Positions 39,601 to 54,000 of a stretch of 64,000 bases of DNA are shown here, piece after piece. Position 1 is the first letter of the stretch. The number at the start of each line of letters is the position of its first letter. This stretch comes from Yuukianura sp. NJ FZ-2021 (lineage: Eukaryota): contig CM102284.1 of NCBI GenBank assembly GCA_046563655.1, positions 8,370,001 through 8,434,000 on the forward strand, written 5' to 3'. The notes under the pieces were generated by a model. It had not been told where the DNA came from and did no database searches. It saw nothing but the letters and a program-made list of their open reading frames with translations. Made by a program: the position numbers and the translations under genes.

Positions 39601-42600
39601 CGTTTTAAGAGTGTAGCCTTCTCCCTTTTTAGTATTTGGGGCTGGAAGGCTTCAAAATGTCTTTGACTCCTAAAATATCCTTTGTGTTCAGCACAAAAAA
39701 TTGCAAAGGAGTTAAAGGAAGCAAAAAAAATTGAGGCGAAGCCTCCGTTCATGTCTTTGTGCGAACAATTAGCACCTCAAATCCCCGAAAACCAAAGTTT
39801 AGCACGCCCCTCTGCTAAATTGCCGGAGGCTACAAATTCGCACGTCCGGTACTTTTCAAAAATTATGATTTTCAAACAAAAAATGAAATTTTTGAAAAGT
39901 TAGAAGTTTCTAAAATTCTTTGATTCAAGAGTTAAAATTTCAATTTTGACAAATCCGTCAGTTTGTCAAACGTTGACTTTTGTCAAAAATTGCGTTTTTT
40001 CTGACTTAAAGTTTGTAAGTGCTGAGTTAATTTTTTTTCAAAGTTTTATGATTAATTTTTGATAGATACCTAGAGGGAGTTTCCAATAAATTTGGAGAGA
40101 TGACCAGAGAAATCCTAAGAATAAATATGAAAAAGACAAGTAAGAAAATAAAATGGAAAAGTCTAAAGATGGAAATCTGGTGCTGAAGATGATTGATGAT
40201 GAGGATGATACATTCTTCAATTCCTTCGTTTTTTACACCCCCAGCCACCCCACCCCCACTCACTTCCATATTCATCTCCAAAGTCCCTATTTTTAGTCCT
40301 TAAGTCCTCCCTACGAAGTGTCCAACATTTTTCATCCTCTGCATAACAAATAGAAATTGGATTTATATTCCTCAACTCCTTACAAATTCCATTCACATCA
40401 TTACTCATCCAAACAATGGCCAACTTCGCAAAAAATGAAAAAAACACATTTTACTTATCAACTTTGGAAATAAAAGTTAACTTTTAACAATAACTTTTTC
40501 AAGATGCACAAAAAACGAAAGATCAACCAAAGTGTAATCGTTGGAAATTGGTTGTGTCAGCACAAAGACACTCGGAGAGTTCAAGAAGACGTTGCACTCT
40601 AGTGATGAAGCAGCGTCTTCTCCTTAATTCCTGAATTGCAAATTAGGAAGAGCATTTTCTATCTTCAAAAGTTGCATCTTCAAAAGATTCAACAAGAACA
40701 TGACAATGGAAAAATGAAATTTCTAATTTTATCTTCAAAATTGCCTCTGTCCACCTCTTCAAGAGGTCAAACTGTCCCTTTGACCCCTTTAACTTTACTT
40801 CCTGTTAGATCATTCAAAAACCCAACAAATACACACTTTGTGCAACAATTGACAATTGGTTTTGTTCAATTTCAAAAAAAATGAGAGCAAAGTGTTCTTT
40901 TTCACACCAAAATTTTCAATTTTTTAGGTCCTATTGAAGGGACCCCCTTCCCACTCTCACGCATTCATTCAATTATTTTTACCCCAAATTGAGTCCTCAC
41001 ATCATTTCGTAAACGAAAGTGAAAACTGGAGCTTTTTTTCACTTTTTTGAAAAAGGGCCCTTTTTTGAAGTACTTGTTGGTTTTCTGGCCCAAAAGCAAA
41101 GTTTATACAAATTATCCTTCTAATACTCTCCTATTAAGGGCTCACAATGGAAAAAGAGAGCCCTTCCTTTTTCCATAGATTTGGAAACCGAGACCCTTAA
41201 CCTCAAACTCCCTCTTTTTTGAAAAAAGCACTTTCCCGGGTTTATTCAAAACATTAAATGCTCAATATTTCAATTTCTCCAACCACTTCCGACTTGTTGA
41301 CTTTATTAAAATTTTGAACCTTTCCACACTCTGTGGCCCCAAATTATAAACATTTCAATTTAGTATTCAAAACCAAACACAAACCGGTAATCAAGCTAGA
41401 AAATTTGCCCCAAATTCAAAAATTTCTACTTTCGACTTAAATTCTTCGACAATTCTTTCAACTGATCAAAAATTTTTTATAATGTATAAAATTAATAATT
41501 ATCATTGCTAGTAGGGATGAGAACAATAATTAATTGATCTCTTCCATAAAAAATTGTGAACTACTTTCGTCCTTTGTTCACGTTTGCCAATTTTTGACAA
41601 TCCCGCAAAAGTGAGTCTCTTTTTAAATTCGATTTTTAACACCGATTAGTCTTTCTTCTTCAATTGTTTTTTTTAGCTTCGATTGGCGACATCGTTTAGA
41701 CCGATTGAGCGTTTAAGTGTAAAGATTCGTGATAATCATCAGACACTTGACACTTGATTTCAGTGGTCAAGTTCTAATCAAAAGGTCTTTAGCTCTCTAC
41801 TCTTTTGCGGTAGAAAACAAAAGCTTAACTGTCTCAAAAGTAGTGTTAAAAGTTAGTGATAAGACGTGATTTTAACAACCGAAACCAAATTATACAACAG
41901 ATTAAAGTTGTAGACAAAAGACACCAGCTTCTTAATCATTTCCACTTGCACTTACTCTCCATTTTACCCAGTTTCCGCTCTTAAACTTCATGCGGGAATT
42001 GGCACAATACTCAAAAGAAACACTTTGAAAAAAAACAGAGTTAAAAAAAGTTCGGTGGAGGTTCCTGCCTGAAAACCACAAGTCAATTAAAATATTTAAT
42101 TAGGGGTTTTGAATCTTTTTGATTATTTTCACAACGGAGAAAACAAAAGCCAAGTTAGAAGAGATGAAAATTTTCCAGAGTGGGAAAAAACTTTAAGATT
42201 TCGAACGATGATGACGCGTTATCATTGTTTTCATTTCCGTTTGAACGTTTTCAGGCGCTAAGTTTTAAAAAAAAGTCAAGATTGATAATAAATTGGCAAA
42301 ATTTGAGCCACATCTTTAATTAGTTCAAAATAAAAATTCAAAAGTTCATCCTAATTAGTCCTTTCCACACGCAGCACTTTTTAACACTTTAAACCAAAAA
42401 AAAATGTGCGTGAATTAATGAGTAAAAACTAACTAGGCTTAACTCTTTCGTCTTTAAAAAAAATTCTGCGTAAAAAGGGTGTTAATTACTCCAAATTTTT
42501 TGTCTAATTAATTTTTTTCGAAGGTGCCAAAAAAATAAATAAAGTGATATGACACGTCTTCCTAAAAAAGCCGAGCCCTTAAGGAACTTTTTAAACAAGG

Positions 42601-43476
42601 AGGAAAGGTGAAGCGCCAAAAAATTTTGGTTTTGGTTTTTTGAAAATTTTTGTAACTTTTGATTTTGTGTCTGTTGAAAAAAATGGAAAAAGGAGACGTC
42701 CGTCGTCGGTAATGCGGTTAGGCCACAAAGAACCGCAAGTCCAGTTGACATTTCACTTTTTAACGGTAATAAACCACTAGGAGATTAAATTACTCAATTT
42801 CCAATTCGGTGTTTCTAGTAATTAAGAAATTAACAGTTCACTTTTTAGTCCGCACGTCTAAAACCGAAAGTCCGGTGGATAATAATCTTAGTGGCGTCAT
42901 TTGAACTAAAAAGCCTAACTTCGGTAACTCTAATCAAAAACTTTATGGCTTTTCCAATTCTCAAAATCCGAAACCAAAGTCATACTCTTTTTAGTTGTGG
43001 TTTGTCAATTAACCACTTTTTTAATTTTTTAAGGTTTTTACTCTAGACAAAAAAATACGGAGCAGTCGGGAATTTTTTAAAATTCGGTTTTATCTCTCTC
43101 CTTAAAAATCCTATTGTTTTTGTTGTGAAGTGGAAATGAGTCTATTTTTTGTTGAACGAGGAAAACTGTTTAGCCTCTGACCTCTGCCTTATCGTTTTGT
43201 TCAAAATGAGTAAAGTGGAGAGTAGTTGGGTTGAAATGGGGTAAAAGATTGGGTTTTCTGTTGACTGAGCATATTTCAACTCAAGTGTCAAAGAAAGAAC
43301 TTAACCTTGGAATCCTCTGCTTCCGTTTCTGCTCTTCCAAGATATTCCAGGGATCTTCCCCAAAAGTGTGATAATAATACTTGTCATGTCTTGTCATGTT
43401 CACAAACATTCACACTTTTAACACCACAAATTTAAAAAAAAATGCTCCGAAATTCATAAAATTCCAAAACTGAATC

Positions 43477-44091
43477 GGTTCCATGCCATTGGTTCAAATG
43501 AATTAGTTCAAATCCAATTGGTTCAAATGAAAAGGTTCAAAACCAATTGGTTCAAGAGACCAATTGGTTCAAGAGGCAAATTGGTTCAAGAGAAAATTGG
43601 TTCAAAACTATTTGGTTCAAGATGCTAATTGGTTCAACAGGCCAATTGGTTCAAAACCTAATTAACTGAAAAAACAGGCTGCAGAAACCTAACTAACCTA
43701 ACTTGGCATCACTACGGGGAATTTAATAACCTAACCTAACACCGCGCCTTCGGCGCGGGAAGATAAAACAAGATTTAGTTCTAATTTATTTATATTTATT
43801 TATTTATATTTATTTATATTTATTTATTTATTTATTTATTTATTTATATATTTATTTATATTTATTTATTATATTTATTTATATTTATATTTATATGTAT
43901 ATTTATTTAGTTTTTGAACCAATTTGCCAATTGAACCAATTGGTCTCTTGAACCAATTAGTTTTGAACCAATTGTCTCTTGAACTAATTTGCCTCTTGAA
44001 CCAATTCGTCTCTTGAACCAATTGGTTTTGAACCTTTTCATTTGAACCAATTCGATTTGAACCAATTCATTTGAACCAATGGCGTGCTCCC
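43477..44091. mobile_element. Non-autonomous foldback/MITE DNA transposon, 615 bp, with ~185-bp modular TIRs and an 8-bp TSD (Merlin- or Mutator/Foldback-like)
   Basis: Direct repeat ACTGAATC at 43469-43476 and 44092-44099. The termini begin and end GG..CC, and GCCATTGGTTCAAATGAATT is mirrored by AATTCATTTGAACCAATGGC. Each arm carries about 11 AATTGGTTCAA-type units in opposite orientation. No ORF. Confidence 0.9.
43784..43907. repeat. (TTTA)n/(TTTATA)n microsatellite inside the MITE
   Basis: About 120 bp of almost pure TTTA/TTTATA repeats. Confidence 0.95.
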
Positions 44092-45045
44092 ACTGAATCA
44101 CAGCTACATCAGAGAGACAGCAAACCTTTCGAATTACGAAAAAATTACACTTGAATTGTATGGACAAGAGTTTTGTGGGACGTTGAAGTTTGTCCGCTAA
44201 CTTTAGGACTCACTTTTTGAAAATGTAGTTCAAAATTCTGAGTTTTTCTCATGTGCAGCACTTTTTTCAAAATGTTTTTAAAATGTTAGGGTGAACATAA
44301 AGTGACGAGATCAAAGTTCTGAAAAAGTTTCTAGTCCTATCTAAATCCAGAGAAAACCGCCTTAACGAGAGCAAATGTGACACAGTGACTAGGAGAAATG
44401 AGTTTCGATTTGTAAGTGCCACTTTTGCAGTGACAGTTTTTGAGGCCCTTGACATTTGGCACTCCCATCTCAAACCACAAAAGCATCATCTGGACTCCAG
44501 GGCTTCCAAAAAGCTAGGAAACCAAGGTCAAGTCACTTTTCAAAAAAACTTCAAAATCCAAACGCTACGTAAAATTTAGACACTTTTTAACCCCGTTTGG
44601 AAGAATATTCTGCAAAGTGAGACTACTGTCAACAAAATTCCAAGTTTGTTTTCTTCTTCAGTCAGTGTGAGATTAAAGGACACTCCACTATCCCATCACC
44701 ATTCCGTATCCTCAGCAGTTGACCTCTGACCTCATCTACTAAAAACCCTGTGAAAATCCAAAGAAAGTCCAATTTTCCACAACTGGGGAGCCCATAATTC
44801 AAAAGTTGTGCGTTTTTTAATGTAGTCTGCGTGTCATTTCGGTCCATTCCACAGTGGTTCCGGTTCCTCTTTTTGAAATTCCTTCCTGTTCCTCTTTTCC
44901 CTCCTTAAGCACTTCTCTTTTTAACAAAGTGGAATTGGATGTCATAAATTAGACGCTTCAATGGAACCAAAATAGAAGGGAGAACTGGATTTTGGGAGGA
45001 AAAGTTACATCTAATGCTCACTAATTTCAGGGGAAGGCATCTGCA

Positions 45046-45086
45046 ACCTAACTTCAACCTAACCATAGCCTAACCATAACCTAACA
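45046..45086. repeat. Short degenerate CCTAAC (TTAGG-like) repeat
   Basis: CAACCTAACTTCAACCTAACCATAGCCTAACCATAACCTAAC has four CCTAAC cores at about 11-bp spacing. Confidence 0.6.
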
Positions 45087-48000
45087 ACGTAACTTGTGTC
45101 AAAAGAGAGCTACTTTGGGACAGAGAAAGCAAGACGAAGGGCCTTTCAAACTTACAATTGTTGACAGTGGGGACAAAGGAAGGGAAAGCAGCAGGAGTTC
45201 CTTCAAGGAGCTTTCAGAATTTATTGGCACGGGATTTGAACTCTTTTTTTTATAACTCCTCTTTTCTCAAAAATTTTTTAAACTAAAAAGTGAAACGGTT
45301 AGGATTGATTTAATGAATAAAAAACTTCCGAAAGAAGCACAACAAATACAAACCAAGAAATAAATTACTTTTCAGCTTAGCTGGATACCAAACCTCTGTC
45401 AAACGTTTTAGCAATTTCGAATCGGAGATCTCAGAACAACAAAAATTCTTTCCCAAAAAAAAGTAGAAAAAACGCCAATAAATTAAACAAAATCACACCA
45501 AAATAAAAAAAAATTCCCAAAACTGCAAAACTAGAAAGATTGTGTTTCCTAAATTTTTAAAATTTGCGATTCGTCATCCCAGATTGGGATTGAAAATGGC
45601 CGAAAAAATTGATCTGGGAGATTTTAAATTTGAAAAAGGCTTTTTCCGGGGGTTTTGTATCTCGGGGATTAAAAGTGTTGGTTATTTTGTGTTGTAAAAT
45701 ACTAAACTGTGCTTGGGTTTTAGTGTGTAAAGGGTGGATGTGAATCCAGGAAAGTTCTATTGTCCACCGAAATAAAGTGAATCCAGGAATTGAAAGGCTT
45801 GAAATAGGTGGGTACTTGGAGAACCTTAAGGGAGGCAGATGTCTCTCGCCAGCTTCCGATCAAAGGGACATTTTTTATTAACAAACTCTCTTTTTTATAA
45901 TATTTCCTCTGCATCTACAGTTGTAGAATCCATTAAATTATGAAACTCAACCCTTCACTTCCACTCTCTCCTCTCAAAAACTAACAGTACAAACCAGTTG
46001 TTCAAAAATTTGAAAATGGAAAAATTCAAAAAGAATAATAAAGTCCCGTACTGCAACTGAACAGCTTTCCTTTATCATCATCCAGCGGGAAAGCACCGAG
46101 AAATGAAAATGTAATCCAAAATTTCCAAAAACAATTTCCAAAAGCATTACATTTCACAATTCGAAAAAAAGTTTTAGTCTTTTCGCAATTCCAAACGACT
46201 GCAAAAGTCATTATGGTTTCTGCTTTATCTTTTGCTAATTTCAGCACTTTTTTCTCTCCCACTTTTTACGACTCAAAAAATAAAATTTTGCTCAACAAAG
46301 AGGGAGAAAAAGTGTTTAAAAAAAGAAATGTGAATAACAATAAATGTTTATGTTTAAAAACCAAAGTTAAAATGAGCGTCCACTTTTAATGTGTGGTCAT
46401 GAAGGTCATTTTTCTTAGCATCTGATTTAAAACTTAAAACTCAAATGTTCCTTCACACGTTGAAAAGGGAAAAGTGGTTGCTAAATATAGGCAGAACACC
46501 ACCAAAAACTCTCTTGAGAAGAGAAGATTTTTGCATAAAAATTATTATGACTCCTCTCCAAATGCTTATTATTACAAAAGTTCTTTTTCTTCTTCAAATC
46601 TCTCACCTCTCGTCAATTGAAGAGAGTCGTAAAGAGGGAAATTCATTATTTCTCTCTCTCGTTGTGGCGAGTCGTTAAAAGTCGATAACTTAAGAGCAGC
46701 CAAAGGAATTATCATAAAAGCAGACCACAGGATTTTGTTCAAAAAGAAATTTTCACTAATTTCAAAGTTCTTTTTTAAGTTGTAAGTCAATAGATGGAGA
46801 GTGGCCAGAGACTCAGGTGTGTAAAGCACTAAAAAAAGTGAGAAGAGTCCTTAAAAAACTAATTTCCATTACATTTGGTTTCATTAGCAGAATTCCTCAG
46901 GGAATCTTCTTCTTCCTACAAAAATCTTACAGACAAAGCGGCTACGTTTATGCCCTTTAGTACTTTTTTTCGACTCAAAATTTTGAAAAGTTGCTTTTCA
47001 AGGACCTACACATAACTTTCAAAATCTTAAAAATTCACTGAATTGCACCCTGGAAAATTTGAGGCGGCGTTGAATCCTGAGATTTTTCGACAAATCAGGA
47101 AGCAAAAGTTTTGTGAAATTTATAAAAACCAAAGTTGCCACTTCGAAATTTTCGACCTAATTTTTTGAAAATTGGAAAAATTATAACTAAAACTGAAAAT
47201 GAGTGAAAGAACAAGTAGTTGTGGTTTGTTCTAAATGAGGAGTGTCATGTTACATAATTCTGGAGCAGAAGGGTTGAGTTTTTGTTGCTAGAAATGATTG
47301 TTTATGACTCTGCCAGTTCAAATCCCGCTTCCCTTTTTACAAAATCCTGCTCCAACGTAAAAAGTAAAACTTAGTTTTAGTTTTTGACCAAAGTGGTTCT
47401 CCGTTTCAGTCCATTTCGTGTCAATACATGGAGAGGGAGATTATGATTATTGTACTCCACACAGAGGTTCTTCTGGTCGTAAATTAAACCATTCCCAACA
47501 GAAGCTACTTTCTGCAGGGAGGAATTAGAAACGAAGGATTATTTTCTCACTTTGGAATTCTGTTAGGAAATTATGACAAAAATTTAAGCCTTCAAACACT
47601 CATCTTCTCGGAGAAAAAATGGAAGTTTTGGAACTAAAAGTGTAGCAACATCTCCTAAAACATCTGTAAATGAGAACTTAATTTCTGGACAATCAAATTC
47701 CAGATGTGCTAAATTACGTCAATCTCTCGATATTTCATGTCACTTTTAATCCTTTCCCATTTCAAACATTTTGTCCCGCTCCAAAAACACATCAACTCTA
47801 ATCCTTCCAATAATAATTTATGTTAGGTTCCCCAACTTACAAAAATTAAAAAAACATAAATGTAAACGAAAAAACAAATTATGAATCAGAAATTACCTCA
47901 TCATCAACTAAAAAAAAAAGTTTCGAAAAAGTCGAAAGTATTTGACATGATGTTGGTATTACAAAAGAGTCGCAGTTTGAGAATAACAATGGACAGTTAA

Positions 48001-51000
48001 AATTTCCATTTTTAGTCTTTGCTTTTTAGATTTTGATCCAAAGTCATGAAGATCACAAAAATCGTGACTGTTGAAACTGCGACTTTTTTTAATAAAAGAA
48101 ATTGATTTGAAAGAAACATTTTTGAGTCTGTTAAGTCATCATTGAACGGGTTTCTCTTTTTACTTCCAATTTTGATAAGCTCTGTCTCACTCTTCATTTT
48201 TTAAAAGTTGAGGATTCACTAAATTCAATTCACTTTTTAAAAAATGATTTTTGAGACGAACCCAGCACGGAAGAGAAACTGTGAATTTCATTTCATTTTT
48301 GTCCGTTTGATTAAACTTTCGGTTGGATGATTTATTAAAAAAGCGACGGAATACGAAAACATAAAAGCTCCTCTCCAAAAACTCTGTTCCGATTTTTAAT
48401 TCAAAAGACTTTTGAGAATCGGATTTTGAAAATCCTTGGTTGAAAGGTACACTGTTAACCCCTTCCAAGGGGTACTTTAACCCTTTAAGGGCTAAAGGGG
48501 GTACTTCCTAGCCCTTGAGTCATCTCTTGCCTAACCTTGAGAGAGATTCACTTTTTCCTTAAATACGGATCTTATCTCAACCCCTTCACTTTCCATTTCT
48601 CTCTTCAAAAAACATCATTTCTCAACTTTTTTGATCAGTCATCTTGGGGAGAGAACGTGATTTTTTATTTCATTTTCAATGCTGTACCAAAAGAACTTCC
48701 TTTTTCAAAGGGTTAAAATCTCTAAGAAAAGAACAAAAAAAGCATGAAGAGGGGAATTTTTTGAAATAAAAAACAGTTGACCTCTGTGTCTGGTAATGAC
48801 TATCTCTTTTTTCTAAAGAAAGAGAGAGAAAAAAGTGAAACTAAAAAAAAGTAATGGAAAAAGGTATGTATTTTTCGCCTGTGGGAAAAAATTCCACTCA
48901 AACACACAAAAATGTTCAAATCGAAATCCATTCGAGTATATCATTTTCAAAAAAATGAAAAACCTCTCAAAAATCTGCTGAATTCGGAGTTTGCGGAAAA
49001 TAATCTTTTTGTCAAACAGAAAATGCTATTGAAAGAAAGTTAATTTTCAGGAACGGTGTGAAAGTTAAAACAAAGAACGAAAAACGGGAACTGGAAGTGA
49101 AAAATGTCCAGAAAATCCGGGTTTGGGCGAATCTCGACTTAAATTCGCTTCAAAATTATGAAACCAATTCGCTTTATATTTTTTTTTAAATGCGGAACTT
49201 CGTTTGGAGTTTTTGAAAAAAAAAGAAAATTGAAGCGTAGCGCCACATGGACGAGATCAGTTTCTTCCGCGTATTATTAACAATTTTTGTTGTGCCTTTG
49301 GCGGTCTTTTTTCCTCATTTTTGAAAAAAGAAATCGAATGATCCCAGCAGCATCCGAATTCTGGTTGAGTTCTATCAAAAGAATCTCCAATTTCCGTCTA
49401 TTCTTCCGTCCATGCCCAATAATTGAATTGAATTGAGGAGGAAAGGGTGAAAAGACTGGGCAAAGGCACGGGGGCCCTTCAAGTCCCTCAAAAAGAAGCC
49501 TTGAAGCAAGGATCAAAGATCGAACCGACAAAAATCATCATAATTCATCAAAGTCACAACTTCAGACTTTGGCACACGGGGAGATCAAAATTGGAAATCG
49601 ATCCCCGCTCAATTTTAAATTTTACAATTTTAAAAACAAGGCTTAAAAAGTTTCGCTTCACTAAACTTTAGACATTCAGTTTTGAACAATTAGGAAATTA
49701 GTGAAAGGGGTTTTTGGAAATTTTAAATTTCACTATTCAGTAACTCTGTAGCCCAAAAAGGAATGAAACTAATCAATAAAATTAAAGGTTGACAAGCTTT
49801 TTTTTTGAAAAAGGCTTTTCACTTTTGTACCCAAAAGTGAAAAGTCATTTTTCATTTTTCATTTCACCTCAACTTTTTAAAAAGTGTGTGACAGACGCGG
49901 ACTCTCCAACTCTTTTTCGTCCGTGCTTGATTAAACTCTTTAAAAATGTTTTTTCGTTTTTTCTAAATCTGTGACTAAAGCCTTTCAAATCTTCAACTTC
50001 TTCCGAACAGTTACAAAAAGTAAAATTGTAAAGAAGAAAAATCTGTTTGATCATCATCAGTCATAAGTTCTCGAACAATATCCCGATTAGACTTTGACAA
50101 CCAACGTATTCTCTCATTTCAAATTCCAAACATAACATAACATTTTACACACATATCCCACAGAAATCAATCAATTCAAAAAAGAAAACTTTTGGAAAAA
50201 GTCATGAACCTAAAGGATTGATCAAAATTCAAAACGTAATTTTAGCATAACTTATTTTTTGAAAGTTAACTTTTTAGTTGGTACACCTGGTTGTGTTGCA
50301 TGATTAGTTGTTGCACCCTAACCTGCTCCCATGTCCGACTTAAAAACCTGCTTTTGCCTCGTGTCTCCTCTTGTGCAGTGTAAATAGTTACTCCCTGCTT
50401 GTCTTTGCTCACCTCAACTCAAGTCTTGTGTTGCAATTAATTGAGCTGCCTCACTCTCTGGCACGAGCTCCCACAACACGCACCCAACCTCACTTCCTCA
50501 TCTACACTTTGAAGTTTAAAAAGAGGAGGATTTCTGCAAATAACCAAAATCTTGGAGATTTCTCACAAGAGAGGCGGATCCTAAGTAGGCAAATGGCCAA
50601 TCAACTCCTCAAAAAACACTTTTTAATCTCAGCCACCCACTATCACATCTTTCCGACTTTTCACAAAAAATTCCTCAAACTAAAAACTACGACTTTCAAA
50701 ATTTTACCTTCCTCGAATTATTCTCATCGTATGAAGAAAACGTTCCCGAAAACTACATTTCTGGAAAAATTTAATAGGAAAGAGAAAATAGAATTTTCAG
50801 GAGGCGTTCAAATTTCACCAAAATTCGACACTATTGGCAGGCAAAAATTTGCTCCAATTTTTTGGTTTCTTTTCTTTTTGAAAAAAGTGAAATGGAAAAA
50901 ACAAAAGAATGAAGCCGAAGTTTAATTTCCCTCTAAGAACAATTTGCATTGTTTCGTCTTAATCTTCTCTTCGGTCTAAACTTTTCCCCAAGTCGATTGT

Positions 51001-54000
51001 TAATTTGTAATTTTTTGTAAGTTTAAGCGGAGGGAGTAACTAATGAAGAAGATGATTTTATCATCCATCACCAAGAGCTCAACAGGAGGTGTCCGACAGA
51101 GTAATCACAGGCAGAAGGCGTGGTGATTCTCTTAATTCTTGTTTAAACTTTTAATAGTTAGAAAATTCCCATTTAAAATCTCTTGTAAGAATTTAAACTT
51201 CCTTCCTTGATTGCTCCTCTCTCTTGCATAATAATCAGTTATACAACCACACAAACCCTACAGTCAGATTACAATCCAAACTAAAAATAGATCCAACCAC
51301 TAGCCTAACAAAACATACCAAAAATAACACAACATACACACCCTCTCCCTAAACTTATAAAATATTAATTTCATAAATAATTAATTATGAAATTCAGGTT
51401 TTAAACGACTTTGCTACAACCGTGGCGTTAAAAACTGCATCGAGCAAGGTATATGTTGCAATTGTGACTTTGAATTTGAAATTATGCACAGCTCTCCCAG
51501 GAAATCCTACACAAAATACTCACGAGTCTAAATTTGGAAATCTGAGAACAATGAACTCCTTTAGTCACACAAATTCAGTCACACAATTCACAATACTTAC
51601 AACATATGAAACTTTGTTACAAACTTTAAATTCCAACAACAAAAACAAAAATTTGGAAAATCCAAATTAGCATTACCTGAGTTTTTAAAATTTGGAAGTG
51701 ATCTTGTTAGTGTTTGCGAATTGGAACAAAAAATGGGTTCCGTGATTCGACTACTTTTGATCTGCAACTAGCCAAAAACTTTGTGGTATTTCAACATTTT
51801 TTTGGAATGTTGGACATAACAATTTAGGTTTAGGCTCTTGACTTTCTATCAAAAACAAACAGTAGAAATTCCTCTTCTTTTAGATTTTGTCCCAATTCCT
51901 CCAATCTACAAACCACCATTTCCAAGTTATTGACAAAATAATTCTCAACTCTCAAGAGAAAATCAAACACTAAAATAATCTTCTCCAGTTACGTCTTTCC
52001 ACTTTTTATCAAAAACTCAAAACACAAAAATGTAAGTTTTATGTCACACGACCCAGAAAAACTAAATTTTAAAGAAAAATTGAATAGAAAAAATCGAAAA
52101 TTTTATATGAGTGGCGTTAAATCAAACTATTTTTCACCAAATAATTTCCACGGGCTAATCAACTTTTTATTTTTTGCTGGTAATTTCTCAGTTTTTTTTT
52201 GTACTTTCATATCCAGTGGCATGGGATAATCATGTTGTCCATTTCATGCGATAATAAATTCATGAGTTTACTCTCTTTTTGTTCGTGAGGTGTGTTATGC
52301 ATGTTCTGAACAACAAAAAAATGGAAAGGGGAAAAAATAAGTTTTTTGGCTAATAAAGTTCGTGTTTCACTTTTCTATTTTGTGAGTTCCGTATAAGTTG
52401 TTGGTCATTTTGGGGTGAAAGTGGTGTTTACTTATTCAGAAACCATGTAAAACAAATGAGTTCTTGCTAGCTACTTCTCCTAATTCAATATTTAGCAACC
52501 GAGTAATCACAAAAAAAAAACTTTAGTCAACTCACGTAATGCCGAAAGACACAACACAAATGCAAATTAGCCAAATTCAAAAAAGCTTCGAATTTTGGAA
52601 ACTGTAAATTCTTTCCAGGGCAAATTGAAATAAGAAAAAATTATTGTGCAAAATATTGCAATCCAGTTTCATAATTTTAGATCGATGTCATAATCTGTTG
52701 GTAATGGCGAAAAAGCACGTAAATTTTGAAGTTCAAAGTTAAAACTGGCGTCTAACTTAAACAAAAATTTGCTTAAAATTTTGCTTTTCTTGAAATTCCA
52801 AACGGAGAAAATTGATTCATTTCAGAGATGTTTACTTAATCCCAATTCGCTTCCGTGTTCAATTCACCTCAAAAGCTTTTCCTGCACGACAGAAATTTAA
52901 AAAACCTGGACAAAAGAAACCAACATGCAAAGCAACTTTCACAAAATAAAAAAAGACCAAAAAAAGCAAACTTGGAAAACTCTGTTATGAATAATTAAAA
53001 ATCTAGTGTCCAATTATCTAAATTGTCCTTATTGATTTTTTTTCGGACCAACAGTCCTGAGAAAGTCCAGTTTTGAAAATTTTTAAACTTCTAAATCCCG
53101 CCTGTCCTTTACAATTTCCATTTTTTGAACTGACCAGTTTAAAATTTTCAATTTAGGACATGGGAACCTTCAATTTTTGCGTCACTGAAACCTCAATTTA
53201 TGAACTCGATATGGGAAGAAAGGAGGCTGGCAGAAGTTCTTGTTCTAAAAAATTTAAATTTTTCTTGACATTTCTTTAAAAAATGTTAGTTAGCGGTACA
53301 TTTGAACAGTTCTGTGCATGATTTAGAAAAATGTATGACATACGTTTTAAGTTTTGTGATCGTGGGAAAGTTCAAAGTTTTACGTTCAGAAGCATGTGAG
53401 AGTTGGGGACAAAGCACCAGGGAAAGGAGTAAAAAACACCGACAGGGGGAAAGAGTTGAAGCAAAACTTTTTCTAAGTTTTTTAAAACTTTAAAAAATGT
53501 TTTTTAAGAAGATCATTTCAAAAGCTGCGGAACCAGAACTCCAACATTTTTTAGGCTCATCGTTTTCAAAGGGTTAAGGAGACCAAAAAATCTCTCAAAA
53601 AAAGTTTCTGGAACAGACAAGGGTGCATACCTAATCTCCACAAATTCCCATATCTCATGCTTTTTTTAAATCTTTCAAAAAAAAAAACTTTTTAAACATT
53701 TTTTTAGAATAGACAAAAATCTACAACTTCTCAGTAAAAAAAAAACTGAAAAACGCCGAAAATGGTAAAAGTTTCAGACTAAACCGAATTGACAAAAATG
53801 ACCAAAGACAAATTGAGGAATAAACTAATGTTGTCCAAATCTCAATCAAAAATCGACTTTTTTTTCAAAATTTTGAACTAAGTTTAGAAAATTCTACTGT
53901 TGTAACAAACGTCTCCCTTCCCTAAGCCTGACTTGGATTTCTGTTAACAGAAGTGCAGATGCTTTTCTAACTTTTTTTGTCTGTTTGAACATGATATGAA

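Noticed and set aside
43907-44167. 86-aa ORF with repeated IGS/LVQ motifs
   Set aside because: It is a translation of the MITE's TIR subrepeats.
45046-45086. Telomere or true interstitial telomeric array
   Set aside because: Only four degenerate, spaced CCTAAC units, which is too short.
45220-45300. Possible tRNA (T-arm-like GAGTTCAAATCCCG on the minus strand)
   Set aside because: No A-box, D-arm or anticodon stem is visible upstream, and the flank is A/T tracts.
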